Source: Podarcis gaigeae
Taxonomy: Eukaryota
Assembly: GCA_964106915.2 (NCBI GenBank)
Contig: OZ066923.1
Direction: 5' to 3' (one strand)
DNA length: 64,000 nucleotides
A program made the translations under genes and the position numbers. The notes beneath the pieces are model-generated. The model saw only the letters and a list, made by a program, of their open reading frames with translations. It did not search any database and had not been told where the DNA came from. Positions 1 through 10,907 of this stretch are shown piece after piece (the stretch's first letter is position 1; each line of letters starts with the position of its first letter).

Positions 1-16
1 CCACGCTACGCCACTG
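1..16. mobile_element. Right terminus of a hAT-like MITE that extends beyond the window
   Basis: ccacgctacgccactg is identical to the right end of the element at 40315-40483. Confidence 0.6.
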
Positions 17-565
17 TGCCCTTCCCTTAGATGAGACACGGAAAAGGGCCTCTGATGAAGACCCACAGGATCTGGGCTCATTCATGTGGAGAGGGGCTGT
101 CCTTGAGGTTTGAGGGTCCTAAGGCTTTATAGGTCAAAACCAGCACTTTGGGTGGAGACCAGAAACGAATTGGTAACCACAATAGTCAGGCTTACAGCGG
201 TGACTGGGTAGCGTATGAAAGCAGGAGGGGGCCTTTGTGTGGGGGAGAGGAGGACCATTGCAATATTTGTTAATGTTTAAGATGCACAAAGCCTTTCAAA
301 AGACAACCCCAAAGCTCCTAGCTCTTACCCAAAATTCCTATTGAGCTGCTGGTGGTGGTTCATGCTACTAACTGATGTTGGCAACAACTATGATGATGAT
401 GGCCAACTCATAGGATTCTTGCGCAGGGGGCATATTTTAAAGCTGGAGGCATTTAGGACTTGAAGAATCCCTGGAAAGACAGGCTTTGTAAGATGCCAAG
501 TGTCTGCCTGTTCCTTTAAGAGCAGCAGATAAACGAAGCCTGACTCTTCCGCTCCTTGTCCCCAG

Positions 566-679
566 GAGTTACAGAGGCGCCTATCGGAGGAAATTGGGCA
601 ACTACGAGCATTCATCGCAGCCCAAGGCTCACGTGATGGTGCTTCACACAACAACGAGAGGAACTCTTGTGAGCTGGAG
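566..679 (+). CDS. TRIOBP: TRIO and F-actin binding protein, internal coding exon (C-terminal coiled coil; gene starts upstream of the window)
   Basis: ccccag|GAG...GAG|gtaagg; 114 nt, phase 0; ELQRRLSEEIGQLRAFIAAQGSRDGASHNNERNSCELE matches the recalled TRIOBP C-terminus; synteny with H1-0 and GCAT. Confidence 0.92.
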
Positions 680-2072
680 GTAAGGTCTCTTGTTTCTTTT
701 TATAACTTGGTTCAATGCTCATTGTGCGCCAAGTGTCTCAGATAGGAAATATGAAATGCTGCTTATATCTGAGAGCTTGCCGCTTGTGAAGTGTCAGGAG
801 AAGAGTAATCAGTTTGGAAAGGAGTAGATATCAAAGCCTGGAAAGGGGAAACGTTTGTGCAGTTGCCTGTGAGAACTGTCCTTGGAATGGTTGTACAGCA
901 GATAAAACACGGAGTACAGCAACTAAGGAGAGTGATTTTGATATGGAGGATAGTGGATATTGTCTGACTTTGTGTGAGCGACCCTTGGCTTTGGGCTTCC
1001 TGAGTAATCTTAGGGCAGCCCAGTCCGTAAAAAGATGGCGGTTTTGAGCGCTGTAAAGACAGTGAAGCTTTTCATACTCAAGCAATGCCATGATGAAATA
1101 GCAAAGAGTTACATGTTTTATTTATAAAAACATTTATATACCACTATATCATTAAAAAAATCAAAGCAGTTTGCAATAGGAATATCTATACAATCAAGAC
1201 ACTTAGAAATTTAGAGTAAGAAACTTAACGTGAAATGTCAGAGTCAATGCCTAGGAACCATGTGTAAAACACAATGAACTTCTCCAAAGGAAGAGCAAGC
1301 CATAAGTCTGACTAATCAAAATAGAAACTCAGCTTTAATTCGATTTTTACCTTCAGTTTGCTGAAAGCACTTGAATCTAGAAATGATTATTTGTTTAGCA
1401 AACAGAAATCCCAAGCAGGTGGTTAAATCTGGAGGAAACTATAAAACTCAAGGCCTCTTCACACAACCCGTTGAACTTCTGGCAGCCATGAGAGAAGATG
1501 GCCGCCAATTATCAGCTTGCAGCTGCTTAACCCCCACCGTGTAACAGCCAATAGGCGTCTGACAACCTTGCACTGAGTTCAGTTTGGATTGGCTATTGGT
1601 GTGTCACAGTGAACACTGTTTTGCAGTGGTGTGCTAGTAGTGTGCCAAAGGCTATGATCCATGCTGGTCAGAACATTGGAAGCAGAGGCACATAACTTGT
1701 CTTTCTAAAGGCTAACATAGCTAGACTTTGACATGGGGCAACCTGTTTCCCTCCCCAAAAGCTGCCATAGGCTGTGAAGTAGTTATTTGAGGAAGCTTGT
1801 GATGAGGCCCCATTGTGTTGCTCAAGATGGATGACTTGCTGAGTGTAGTTGCACTCTTAGACGACTACTTGGCCCATTCATGAAAATGCGTGTGTGTTCT
1901 GATCTTCTGCATCGTACCAGAAGCCATTTTGCAAATATGCTATATGGGACACTTGAGCAACCTAGCTATTGTTGCTTATTCTCCCAAGTAGGTTAGGAAA
2001 CCTATTTTACCTGCGCCCTTGGCAAGTTTTCAACCCATTTTCTTACTTCTCCCCTTCTGCTCTTCTTTGCAG

Positions 2073-2159
2073 GTGCTGCTACGAGTGAAGGAGAACGAAC
2101 TTCTGTACCTGAAGCAAGAAATCCGGTGTCTTAGGGACGAGCTCCAAATGATGCAGAAG
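2073..2159 (+). CDS. TRIOBP: TRIOBP penultimate coding exon
   Basis: Polypyrimidine tract + ttgcag|GTG...AAG|gtagat; 87 nt; [29 protein letters not shown]. Confidence 0.93.
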
Positions 2160-3216
2160 GTAGATTCCTGGGAGCAAGTCAGGTTCGCTCGTCAGCAGGG
2201 AAAAGGCAGAGCCCCTCCTTTGCTCAAGTCCTGCAGGCAGGGACAGAGTTAGTTGTATTCTGTATGCTGACTTCTGTGTGGTGTCGTTTGGTACCCTGAT
2301 GCTGATGTCACTGTGCGATTCCCACCTGCAACATCAATCTGCTCTGTAGAGCATCTGCTTTCATGCAGAAAGTTCCAGGTTCAATTCTTGGCATCTCCAG
2401 GTAGGGCTGGAAGAGTTCCATCTGATGTCTTGGAGATGCACTGCCACTCAGTACAGACAGTACTAAGCTAGATGGTCTGGCTCTTAAGGCAGCTTCTTAA
2501 GTTAGGTCAGAATAAGTCTCCCTTGCACTCATTTCCTTGCTTCCATCCTTTCTGGACCATCGAGGGCCAGAGGAAGCTGAAGGCATAGACTTTGGGAAAA
2601 TGGGAAAGAGCGGCAGATCTTCAGAAGAATCCCTGCTGAACCAGACAATGGCCCATCTTCTCACAGTGGCTAACAAGATGGTAGGCAGGGCCAGAGGCAA
2701 AAAGTAGGTAGAGCAATGGAGGAGATTCTCAACTTTGAACAGAAGGCTGTGTTCCTGCCATGTACGTGTCAGAGGTTTATACAGGGAGAAACACACGCAT
2801 ACATCCTGGCAAGCAAAAAGCATTATCACATTTCAAGGACACGTTCCAGCCAGGCCAAAAGCATTTGTATGCAGAGCCGGGCCAAGAGCGCTTGAGTGGA
2901 AGGTGTTTCCTGGGGAAAGTACTGAGGGCCACATTTGGTCCTCAGGTCTGAGGTCCCCTGCCCCTGTTCCAAATCTTCTACTTGTTTATCAGCTAATGAG
3001 ACTGTTGCAGAGGACAGCACAGACAGATGTTGTTGAACTCCATCTCCCATCATCCCTGTTGGTTAGCCTTGCTAGCTGGGGGCTGGAGTCTGAACAACAT
3101 TTGGTTCCACATCCCTGGTGTGTAGACTGCAGGAGATCCTGGAGAATAGGATTTGAACCGAGCCTCACTCTGGGTTGGATACCAATTATCAGTGTGTGGA
3201 TTCCTTTGCCCTACAG

Positions 3217-3378
3217 GATAAGAGGTTTGCCTCGGGGAAATACCAGGATGTCTACATGGAGCTGAACCACATCAAACAGCGGTCAGAGCGAGAGATTGAG
3301 CAGCTGAAGGAACACCTGCGCCTGGCCATGGCAGCCCTGCAAGAGAAGGAGATGCTGCACAACAGTATCGGCAAGTAG
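3217..3378 (+). CDS. TRIOBP: TRIOBP last coding exon
   Basis: ctacag|GAT...TAG; [53 protein letters not shown]. Confidence 0.93.
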   Translation, partial: DKRFASGKYQDVYMELNHIKQRSEREIEQLKEHLRLAMAALQEKEMLHNSIGK

Positions 3379-4057
3379 ACGAGAGCAGCTGTCAGGCCTG
3401 ACAAGTGAATGTCTGGTGGAGCTATGAATGAGCAAGGGTGCAAAAGCAGGGACAGGATTTGAGAGGCCACCTTTGCTTCCAGCTCAGGGGATGGCAGTTA
3501 TATTGGGCATGGTGTCTCTGCCTTCTGCTTGCCAGTGATCAAAACTAGTCTTAACATAAAACAATGTGAAGCTATTCCTTCAAGAAGAGTGTTCTAGGAG
3601 GGTGCTATTTTCTTGCCTTCATTCTCATGTGGGTGTAGGTGTAGCATGTGGCAGCACACATGTTAGAGGTGAGTAGGGTAGTTCATACCCCAAAATGGAT
3701 GGGGCCATTCCTTTTTTCTCTCCCCCTTTTCCATGTTGCCCAACAGGCTCCAGGGGAAGGGACAAATTGCACTTGCCACAGGTCTGAATTGCCAACTTTT
3801 TGAAGCTAGGCCTAGAGCAGCAGGCTGCCCTCCCTGCATAAGCTCAGAATCGGCCTGCAGAATTGTTCTGGTGACCCAGGTATCCAAAAATACCAACATT
3901 AAGATGTGAACACTTCCTTTGTTCTCGGCAGCAAGAGAAGCACAATGTTTTCCCCTCTCTAGTTTTCCTTTGGACTCCAACTGCTATCAGCCCCGGCCAA
4001 CATGCATGGATGATGGGAGCTGTATTCCACAGTGCTATCTGTGCTCTACAGGATCTA

Positions 4058-4320
4058 CCGTATTGGCCTGAATATAAGCCACACTTTCCACCTAAATTCT
4101 GATTGTGAAAAGTTAAAGTGCAGCTTATATTCATGACCTTACGGTATCGCTGCTAAAACAACTGCCCACGAGGGTCATGGGGGACAAAGGCGTGCAGTGC
4201 ACTCAGAATTGAGCGCCAGCCACCACCCCCTGGGATAGAGCCAGAAGGTGGGCCGCACCTGCAAATAAGTCTTGAATTTTAAAGCTTTTGCGGGTGTGTC
4301 TTGTATTCAGGTCAATACGG
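4058..4320. mobile_element. Tc2/pogo-like MITE in the TRIOBP 3' region
   Basis: TIRs ccgtattggcctgaatataag / cttgtattcaggtcaatacgg, TA on both sides; a second TIR-like end at about 4125-4144. Confidence 0.7.
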
Positions 4321-5248
4321 TAAATATCCTGTGCTTCCATAAAATGGTTCTGAGTCTAAAACAAATTTATAAACAAGAACTGTTAAACCTGTGGTGTGAT
4401 GACTGCCATCTCCTAAGCCTTGCACATTTTGGTATGTTTCAGGTGTAAGTCAGTTTACCTAACTTTGTCTGTTTGCTCCATAGGTTAGTCAGCTTTGTGT
4501 ACCTTGCTTTGGAGGACAAAGCTGTATCCTAGCAACCAGCATCCCCCTCCAGGAAATGGACCAAGCCTCCATCAGACTATCCATCACGTGCACCTACATA
4601 ACTCGGCGTGTTTGGGGCTGGATCCTACTACTTGCACCTTCTTTGGGATTTTATACATGAAAATATATTTTATATGGGGGTGGGGTGTTATATTTTAAAA
4701 TCCTGTATTACGTTTTTAACCAGCAGTTGACAAGAGAAGTGAGCCAGAGATTCTCCCCAGCCTTCTTTTAGTCATAACAGAATCCTTGTTCCAGGTCCTT
4801 GAATATATCTGAAACCACACATGACCTCTTGCTTCCAATTCTCTTCCAAGCAAAGAGACAAAATTTACACATGTTCCAAGTTTATGGCAAGTCTCCTTGG
4901 ACGGACAATGTTGATCCACAGTGATCCATGTTTTGAGATGCACTGTGCCAGGAGGAGGAGGATGTTCTTCAGATGAAACTGGTTTTGTTCCGAGAATATG
5001 GGTTGGTTTGTTTTTTGTTTGGGACCAGCCGTTTGTTTTCATGTACTAAAAGCAAAGGCAGTTGTTTCCCCCCTTATGCCGATGAAACGTCTATGCATCC
5101 TACTGCAAAGTCAGCACCGGCCACATTCCAGAAGCTAGTCTTCCACCTGTGTGTTCCTGTGGGGAGGGATGTCACTGCTAATGTCGCCAGAGCCAAATGA
5201 TGAAGGTGGCTGAATTTTCTTTCTTTCTGCACAATTATAAACTAACTT

Positions 5249-5254
5249 AATAAA
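5249..5254 (+). terminator. Candidate TRIOBP polyadenylation signal
   Basis: AATAAA about 1.9 kb after the stop, followed by a GT-rich tract (gatggtgttgcttt). Confidence 0.5.
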
Positions 5255-5336
5255 AATCCTCAAATACCAAAGATGGTGTTGCTTTATGGCGTGGGCAAAA
5301 GAAGTTAACATGAATTCTTTACAGTTTAAGTTAAAA

Positions 5337-5677
5337 GTAAAGGTAAAGGTACCCCTTGCCAGACTCTAGGGTTGTGCGCTCATCTCACTCTATAGGCCGG
5401 GAGCCAGCGCTGTCCGCAGACACTTCCAGGTCACATGGCCAGCGTGACAAGCTGCATCTGGCGAGCCAGCGCAGCACACAGAAACGCCGTTTACCTTCCC
5501 GCTGGTAAGCGGTCCCTATTTATCTACTTGAACCCGGGGGTGCTTTCGAACTGCTAGGTTGGCAGGCGCTGGGACCGAACGACGGGAGCACACCCCGCCG
5601 TGGGGATTCGAACCGCCGACCATACGATCGGCAAGTCCTGGGCGCTGAGGTTTTACCCACAGCGCCACCCGCGTCCC
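5337..5677 (-). mobile_element. Sauria SINE
   Basis: tRNA-like head GGGACGCGGGTGGCGCTGTGGG...GGTTCGAATCC on the minus strand, (ACCTTT)n tail; near-identical to copies at 24374, 39966 and 58719. Confidence 0.9.
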
Positions 5678-5683
5678 ATTACA

Positions 5684-5924
5684 AAAAAAAAAAAAATCCT
5701 TCCAGTAGCACCTTAAAGACCAACTAAGTCAGTTCTTGGTATGAGCTTTCGTGTGCATGCACATGTCTTCAGATACACTGAAGATACATTGTTGTATCTG
5801 AAGAAGTGTGCATGCACACGAAAGCTCATACCAAGAACTGACTTAGTTGGTCTTTAAGGTGCTACTGGAAGGAATTTTTTTTGTTTTGACTATGGCAGAC
5901 CAACACGGCTACCTATCTGTAACT
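5684..5924 (+). mobile_element. Short non-autonomous Penelope-like element with fold-back (inverted pLTR) structure
   Basis: About 90-bp inverted arms (about 5685-5777 and 5793-5883), terminus gactatggcagaccaacacggctacctatctgtaact, 11-bp direct repeat gtcccattaca at 5673-5683 and 5926-5936; related copy at about 55245-55444. Confidence 0.75.
5794..5831 (+). ncRNA. Minimal type I hammerhead ribozyme motif inside the Penelope-like element
   Basis: Stem I gtat(5794-97)/atac(5828-31); core CTGAAGA(5798-5804) plus extra A; stem II gtgtg-catg-cacac; GAAA(5820-23); palindromic AGCT in place of stem III; UC cleavage site after C5827. Confidence 0.7.
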
Positions 5925-8900
5925 GGTCCCATTACAGTTAACTTAAGCCCTGGTAAATATTCAACTTCTGCATTCGCAGAAGAGCGATTTCTACTCTGGT
6001 ATCGTCATAATTGGCACTTATCTGTAGCATGCTTGACTGTTATGTACATATTGTAAAGCAAGAAACAATAGTTCTTGCAGATCAATCTATGCATTTATAA
6101 ACCTCACAATCACCCCAATGGGCTGGTGACATTAACAAAGTAGATCCTTGCAGAAAGCGGGATTTAACCCCTCACTGCTCATCTGATGGGTGGCAGGGTT
6201 CAATTCTGCTTGGTCGTCATTTCCCACTTGCCATCATTGACAGGTGAATGGGGCCATCTACCTGCCAGTCACAATGATGATTGACGTGGAGCATTTGCAG
6301 GGGGTGAAATAAAGGTAGACAAAATTGGGGGTGGGTATCTTCAGTACCTGGTAATGAGGTAACTCACAAAGGAAATGCCATTCTTGTCTAGCATGGCAGA
6401 AAGCTAGTGCCCTTCATTTATATGTTTTTAAAATAAGTCATTTACACTATTATCTCCACCTCTTGCCTTAATAATAAGATTTGTGATGGTGCTAGGCATT
6501 AAAATCCTGAGTTTTAAAACAGAATTATCTTAAATATGAACCACTATTAGTAATTGCCACAATTACTGCTTAAATTTCCCTTTTCAATCGAAGTTTCTTT
6601 TTAAGAATGCAAATTTGCTCTTCAAAATGGCTGTCAGTGCCGTCTTAGGCATGCCTACTCGGAAGTAAGAAACTGATCTCAACAGCCTTTCTCCTCCGCA
6701 AAACGCATGTAGTACAACAACAGCCCATTAAAAAGCCGTTTCCGATCTTATTTCTGTCACCGAGGTGCGCTCCAAAAAACGTCTGGTGCATCGGTGGAGA
6801 TACAAGAGGAAGCCACTAGTTCTGTGGCAAACCACAAAAAGGGAAGTAAAATACCTACCGCGAGAAATCAAAAAGAAAACCACTGTAGTAGCTTCGATCA
6901 GCGGTTACAACAAAGGCAGCGAGATCTTGCTTACGGTTGAGGATAACGAAATCTGCAAAAAAAATTGTTATATTGTGCGTGCGCGTAATGTGGAGAGCAA
7001 GAAGGGGCAATCCTTGCACAGTGCAAGGAGGCGAGTTCTCGAGAGGCGCCGTGCATTGGCCAGCCAGCGGCTGCTTACGGCAATCCTATCCCGTCGCATT
7101 TTTGAGAGCTCTACATTTGCTGCTGCCCATCAGAGGGCACCCAGCAGCGTGCCGACTACATTTCCCACAAGCCACGGCTCGGGCATCCTACGGTGGCCCA
7201 GAGCGACGCGAGAGAGCGAGCTTTCGCCTCGGCTGTACCCTCTTTAAGAATTAATCAGCTGACTGATGAGAGGCTCTTCAAAGCAGCTATGACTACTGTC
7301 AACAGAGGGCTGTCAATGGGCTATTGTGCACGGGGCTGCTTCCTCCATGGTCCTTTTTCAGGATCATTCTCAACTCTTCACTAAACACTCGCCCAGCCCT
7401 CATAAAGCCACTTTCATGAGAACAATTTTCTCAGCCCACAATTTTTTTAAAAAGCGCGATGTCACCTTTTGTCGTTGTCATTATTTCACTAAAAACACTC
7501 CATCTTTGCCTTTTTAGAAAAACACCCATTGCAGTTTTGCCTTTTTACTCTACCTGCTGCATCGATAACTTTCTGTTCCTACAGAAAAATCCACGCCCCC
7601 CCCCAAAAAAAATACTGGTTAGCGGGGCATTCAGAATTTACACAAATGCAATCCTCTCCCGTTAACAACGTTTCTGATACGTCAAGTCAAGAGGAAAGAC
7701 ACCTTAAAAAACGAGTTTCAAAACAACACGTTATCTACCCGCCGCTCCATCCCCGCACCCAAGTGTTAAGTTAACTCTCTTAACTTAGATGCAAAAACTT
7801 ATATATAGTTTATATACATGCACTCATCAGGATAGTGGTAAAGGGTGGAGGCTACTTGAAGGAAGACGATCCCGGAACTCTGTATCTTAGCAAAAAAGCC
7901 CCACACCCTTATCCAGACCGGGAATCCAAACAATGGAAAGGGGCTAGGTGTGTGCGGACGGGTCTCCTCGACCGTCCCCTGTTATCATTTCACTTTGGAA
8001 CTCCCTAAACAACTTAACCCGTGTTTAGTGGTGGGTTAACACTACCACGCAAGTCTGTAGCTCTCCCTCACTGAGCAGAATCATATCCGGACACGAGACT
8101 CCTTTTAAAATATTTAAATTAGTGTTTGCACTTATTCCAAGTAGACAAACATCAGTCCGATTGCTTTTGGAGGAAGAACTCTACTAGATAAAAACACTAG
8201 AAAAGATACGAGCATTTCAAAGATATTGACGTTTATTCGCCTGCCACAGCCATAGAACTGCAATCCCCATGATCATTTTTAAATAAAGCTAAAGGCAAAG
8301 CGCACATTTAAAAGCCTTACATTGAGCTGCGATGGGGTTGGGGGGATCCTATGAGGATGGGGGGAGGTGGAGACAGAGGTACCAAAGTGCCCGATTACAT
8401 ATACATATATTTGTTGCTAGTGTGCTCTCCGTGTTGCTAGGATCCCAGGTTGTTTTTATAATTCTTAACAAGTATTCTAGAGGTGCTTTTTACTTTCCCA
8501 CCCCGGAGTTACTCAATACCACAAGCCGTCAGATTGCAGCTCCGCATCTTCAATTTTGCATCCACAGCGCTTTTAATTAATATCTTTATTAAGGAAGAAA
8601 AAAATCTGAAGAGGGGAGATGGGGAAAAAACAACCTCAGTTCTTCCAGCAAGATGGCGATGGCACGTACATTTAATCTCCTAACAACAGTTAAGCACTCC
8701 CACAGGACTGGGAAATTAGGGTTAACACATCTAAAGAAACTGCCCTGCACCCCAGTTCGTCACCTACCTTTCCCCCCTCCCCGATAACTTTTGTCGAGAA
8801 AGTATTTTTAAGTAATAGGATCGACTCCACCTTGAAAACCCAAGGAGGAACAAAACAGCCTATGTAAATCTCGATAACATTTTTGTGGGGGTTCAAAGTG

Positions 8901-9059
8901 ATCCGGGGGCGGGGGGGGACAGGTGTAGTGCAGGAATAGGGGGGAGTTTCTGAAAAGGCGCCGACTCTAGGTTGACTAAGATATGGGGGCTTCGCGTCCC
9001 CCCTCCCCAATCCTTTCCTATACAGGCATACTTGTTATTATTTAGAAAACCACTGCGGC

Positions 9060-10600
9060 CACTGAAATACTTTTTGGGGGAACAAGAGTTAGCGAGGCAA
9101 ACTCCCCCTCTGTCCCTTTCTACCCCTTAGCTCAAGAAAGGCAGGCCTGTGCCCCCCACCCTGGCCACGGACCCCCAAGTCCAAGCAGGGGGCTGCCAGG
9201 TGCTCCTTGGGGGAGGGGATGGCTGCAAACTTCCCATCCGACAAAAAGGAAAGTTTTTGCAGCGCTAGGGCTTCGGGGAGGGGGCGTCTGGAGGAGGGGG
9301 TCCACGGGATGGGGGGCAAGGGTCCCCCTAAAGACCCCCCACCCTTGGGGGAGTCACTCCTCCCCCCTTCCCGGCCAGGTCTGAGCTGAGCCTCGCCTGG
9401 CTCGGGGCTCCCTGTGTTAGTTGGGGTCTGCTCCCGGGGCCCCTGCGCGGCTCTCGGGGCGCTCAGAGGGCCGGGACGGGGGTCCCCCGGTGGCCCAGGG
9501 GTGCCCCTTGGTCCTCGCCTTTCCCCCTGCCGGGGCTCCCCTCGGCTGCTCGGCTATGGGGGCGCAAAGGGGAAATGTCGCCGCGCCCCACTCGCACCCA
9601 GCGCCGTTTGGGGCGCCCTGAGGAGGCGCGGGACGGCGGGAGAGCGAGCCGGCGGCGGGGCCCAAGAGCTCAAGGACCGGAGCAGCCGGCGGCCGCGGTG
9701 CGGGGCCCAGGAGGCGCCGGGGGACGCGGGAAAAAGCCGCTTTAGGCGGCGGAAGAAACACAGATGTCAGCGGCGCGGCGCCATTCGGGGCCTGAACAGG
9801 CAGCCAGCAGCCCTGTCCTCACCGCGGTCCGCGCCTGAGCGCTAAATACCCGGATGCGCCGGCTGCTGCCTAGAGAGCCAGACGCAGAGCGGGAGGCACA
9901 GGCAGCGGCGGCGGCGGAGGAAGGAGGTGTCCAGTGGCGCCCCGGAGAGAGAAGCGGGGAAAGAGGGGGGCGAGCAGGGCCCGGGCCTCTGGACAGAGCC
10001 ACGCCAGCGAGGGCTGACCGTGGCCGTTTGCCCGCGGAAGAAGCTGGTCAGGTGCACAGCAGAGGCCTGAGCCGGGAGCTCCTTAAGTTTCCGTGGGGGG
10101 CATTCGCCGGGACGGCTGCCCAGACCACACCCCGCCAGCAGGAGCCTGAAGGGGGGCGACAGCCACACTCGCGCGTGGTGTTGTTTTAAGCCACGAGGAG
10201 ACTCTTTGAGGGGGGTGAAAAGTGTTACTCCCCTCATCAACAAGGGAGGAATCCCACGTGCTGTTCAAGAGCCACCCGTGGCAGAGGCGAAGAGCCAGTT
10301 TTCCTGAAGGGGAACTTCCAAAGCGAGGATGACCGAGAACTCGTCCACGGCACCTGCTGCCAAGCCCAAGCGGGCCAAGGCAGCCAAGAAGTCGACGGAC
10401 CACCCCAAGTACTCGGACATGATAGTGGCCGCCATCCAAGCCGAAAAGAGCCGAGCTGGCTCCTCACGCCAGTCCATCCAGAAATACATTAAGAGCCACT
10501 ACAAAGTGGGGGAGAACGCCGACTCCCAGATCAAGTTGTCCATCAAGAGGTTGGTGACGACAGGTGTTCTCAAGCAGACAAAAGGCGTCGGTGCCTCGGG
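9060..10600. promoter_or_regulatory. CpG island over the H1-0 promoter and 5' end
   Basis: Visibly high GC and dense CpG compared with the CpG-poor flanks; limits estimated by eye. Confidence 0.8.
9413..9848 (+). promoter_or_regulatory. H1-0: H1-0 promoter: TG box/upstream element, H1 (AC) box, H4 site II-like box, TATA-like box
   Basis: TGTGTTAG 9413-9420; AAACACA 9756-9762; TCACCGCGGTCC 9819-9830 (TCANNNNGGTCC); TAAATA 9843-9848; no ATG between about 9873 and the start codon at 10329. Confidence 0.75.
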
Positions 10601-10907
10601 GTCCTTCCGCCTGGCCAAGGGGGATGAGCCCAAGAAAGCGCCCGTGAAGAAGGCCAAGAAGGAAGTCAAGAAGGCCGCAACACCCAAGAAAGCAGCCAAG
10701 CCCAAGAAGGCAGCTGCCAAGTCGCCGGCCAAGAAGCCCAAACCTGCGCCCAAAAAAGCCAAAAAGAAGCCAGCGCCTGCTCCAAAGAAAGCCAAGAAGC
10801 CAAAGACTGTCAAGGCTAAGCCAGTGAAGGCGTCAAAGCCTAAAAAGGCAAAAGCGTCGAAACCCAAAGCAAAGTCCAGTGCAAAGAAATCTGCCAAGAA
10901 AAAGTGA
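10329..10907 (+). CDS. H1-0: Linker histone H1.0 (replication-independent), 192 aa, intronless
   Basis: [97 protein letters not shown] is the H1.0 globular domain; K/A/P-rich tail; located between TRIOBP and GCAT. Confidence 0.98.
   Translation: MTENSSTAPAAKPKRAKAAKKSTDHPKYSDMIVAAIQAEKSRAGSSRQSIQKYIKSHYKVGENADSQIKLSIKRLVTTGVLKQTKGVGASGSFRLAKGDEPKKAPVKKAKKEVKKAATPKKAAKPKKAAAKSPAKKPKPAPKKAKKKPAPAPKKAKKPKTVKAKPVKASKPKKAKASKPKAKSSAKKSAKKK

Noticed and set aside
6765-7254. 160-aa and 105-aa plus-strand ORFs upstream of H1-0
   Set aside because: Non-ATG starts, no recognisable domain or splice structure; kept only as a regulatory candidate.
7263-7290. CTGATGA hammerhead-like string
   Set aside because: No GAAA after the putative stem II.
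9089-10439. Many overlapping ORFs of 60-140 aa on both strands
   Set aside because: Expected in a stop-poor GC-rich CpG island; the ATG at 9854 lies before the predicted TSS.
10499-10897. 132-aa hydrophobic antisense ORF (F/L/A/G-rich)
   Set aside because: Mirror of the Lys/Ala/Pro codons of the H1.0 tail; no independent evidence.
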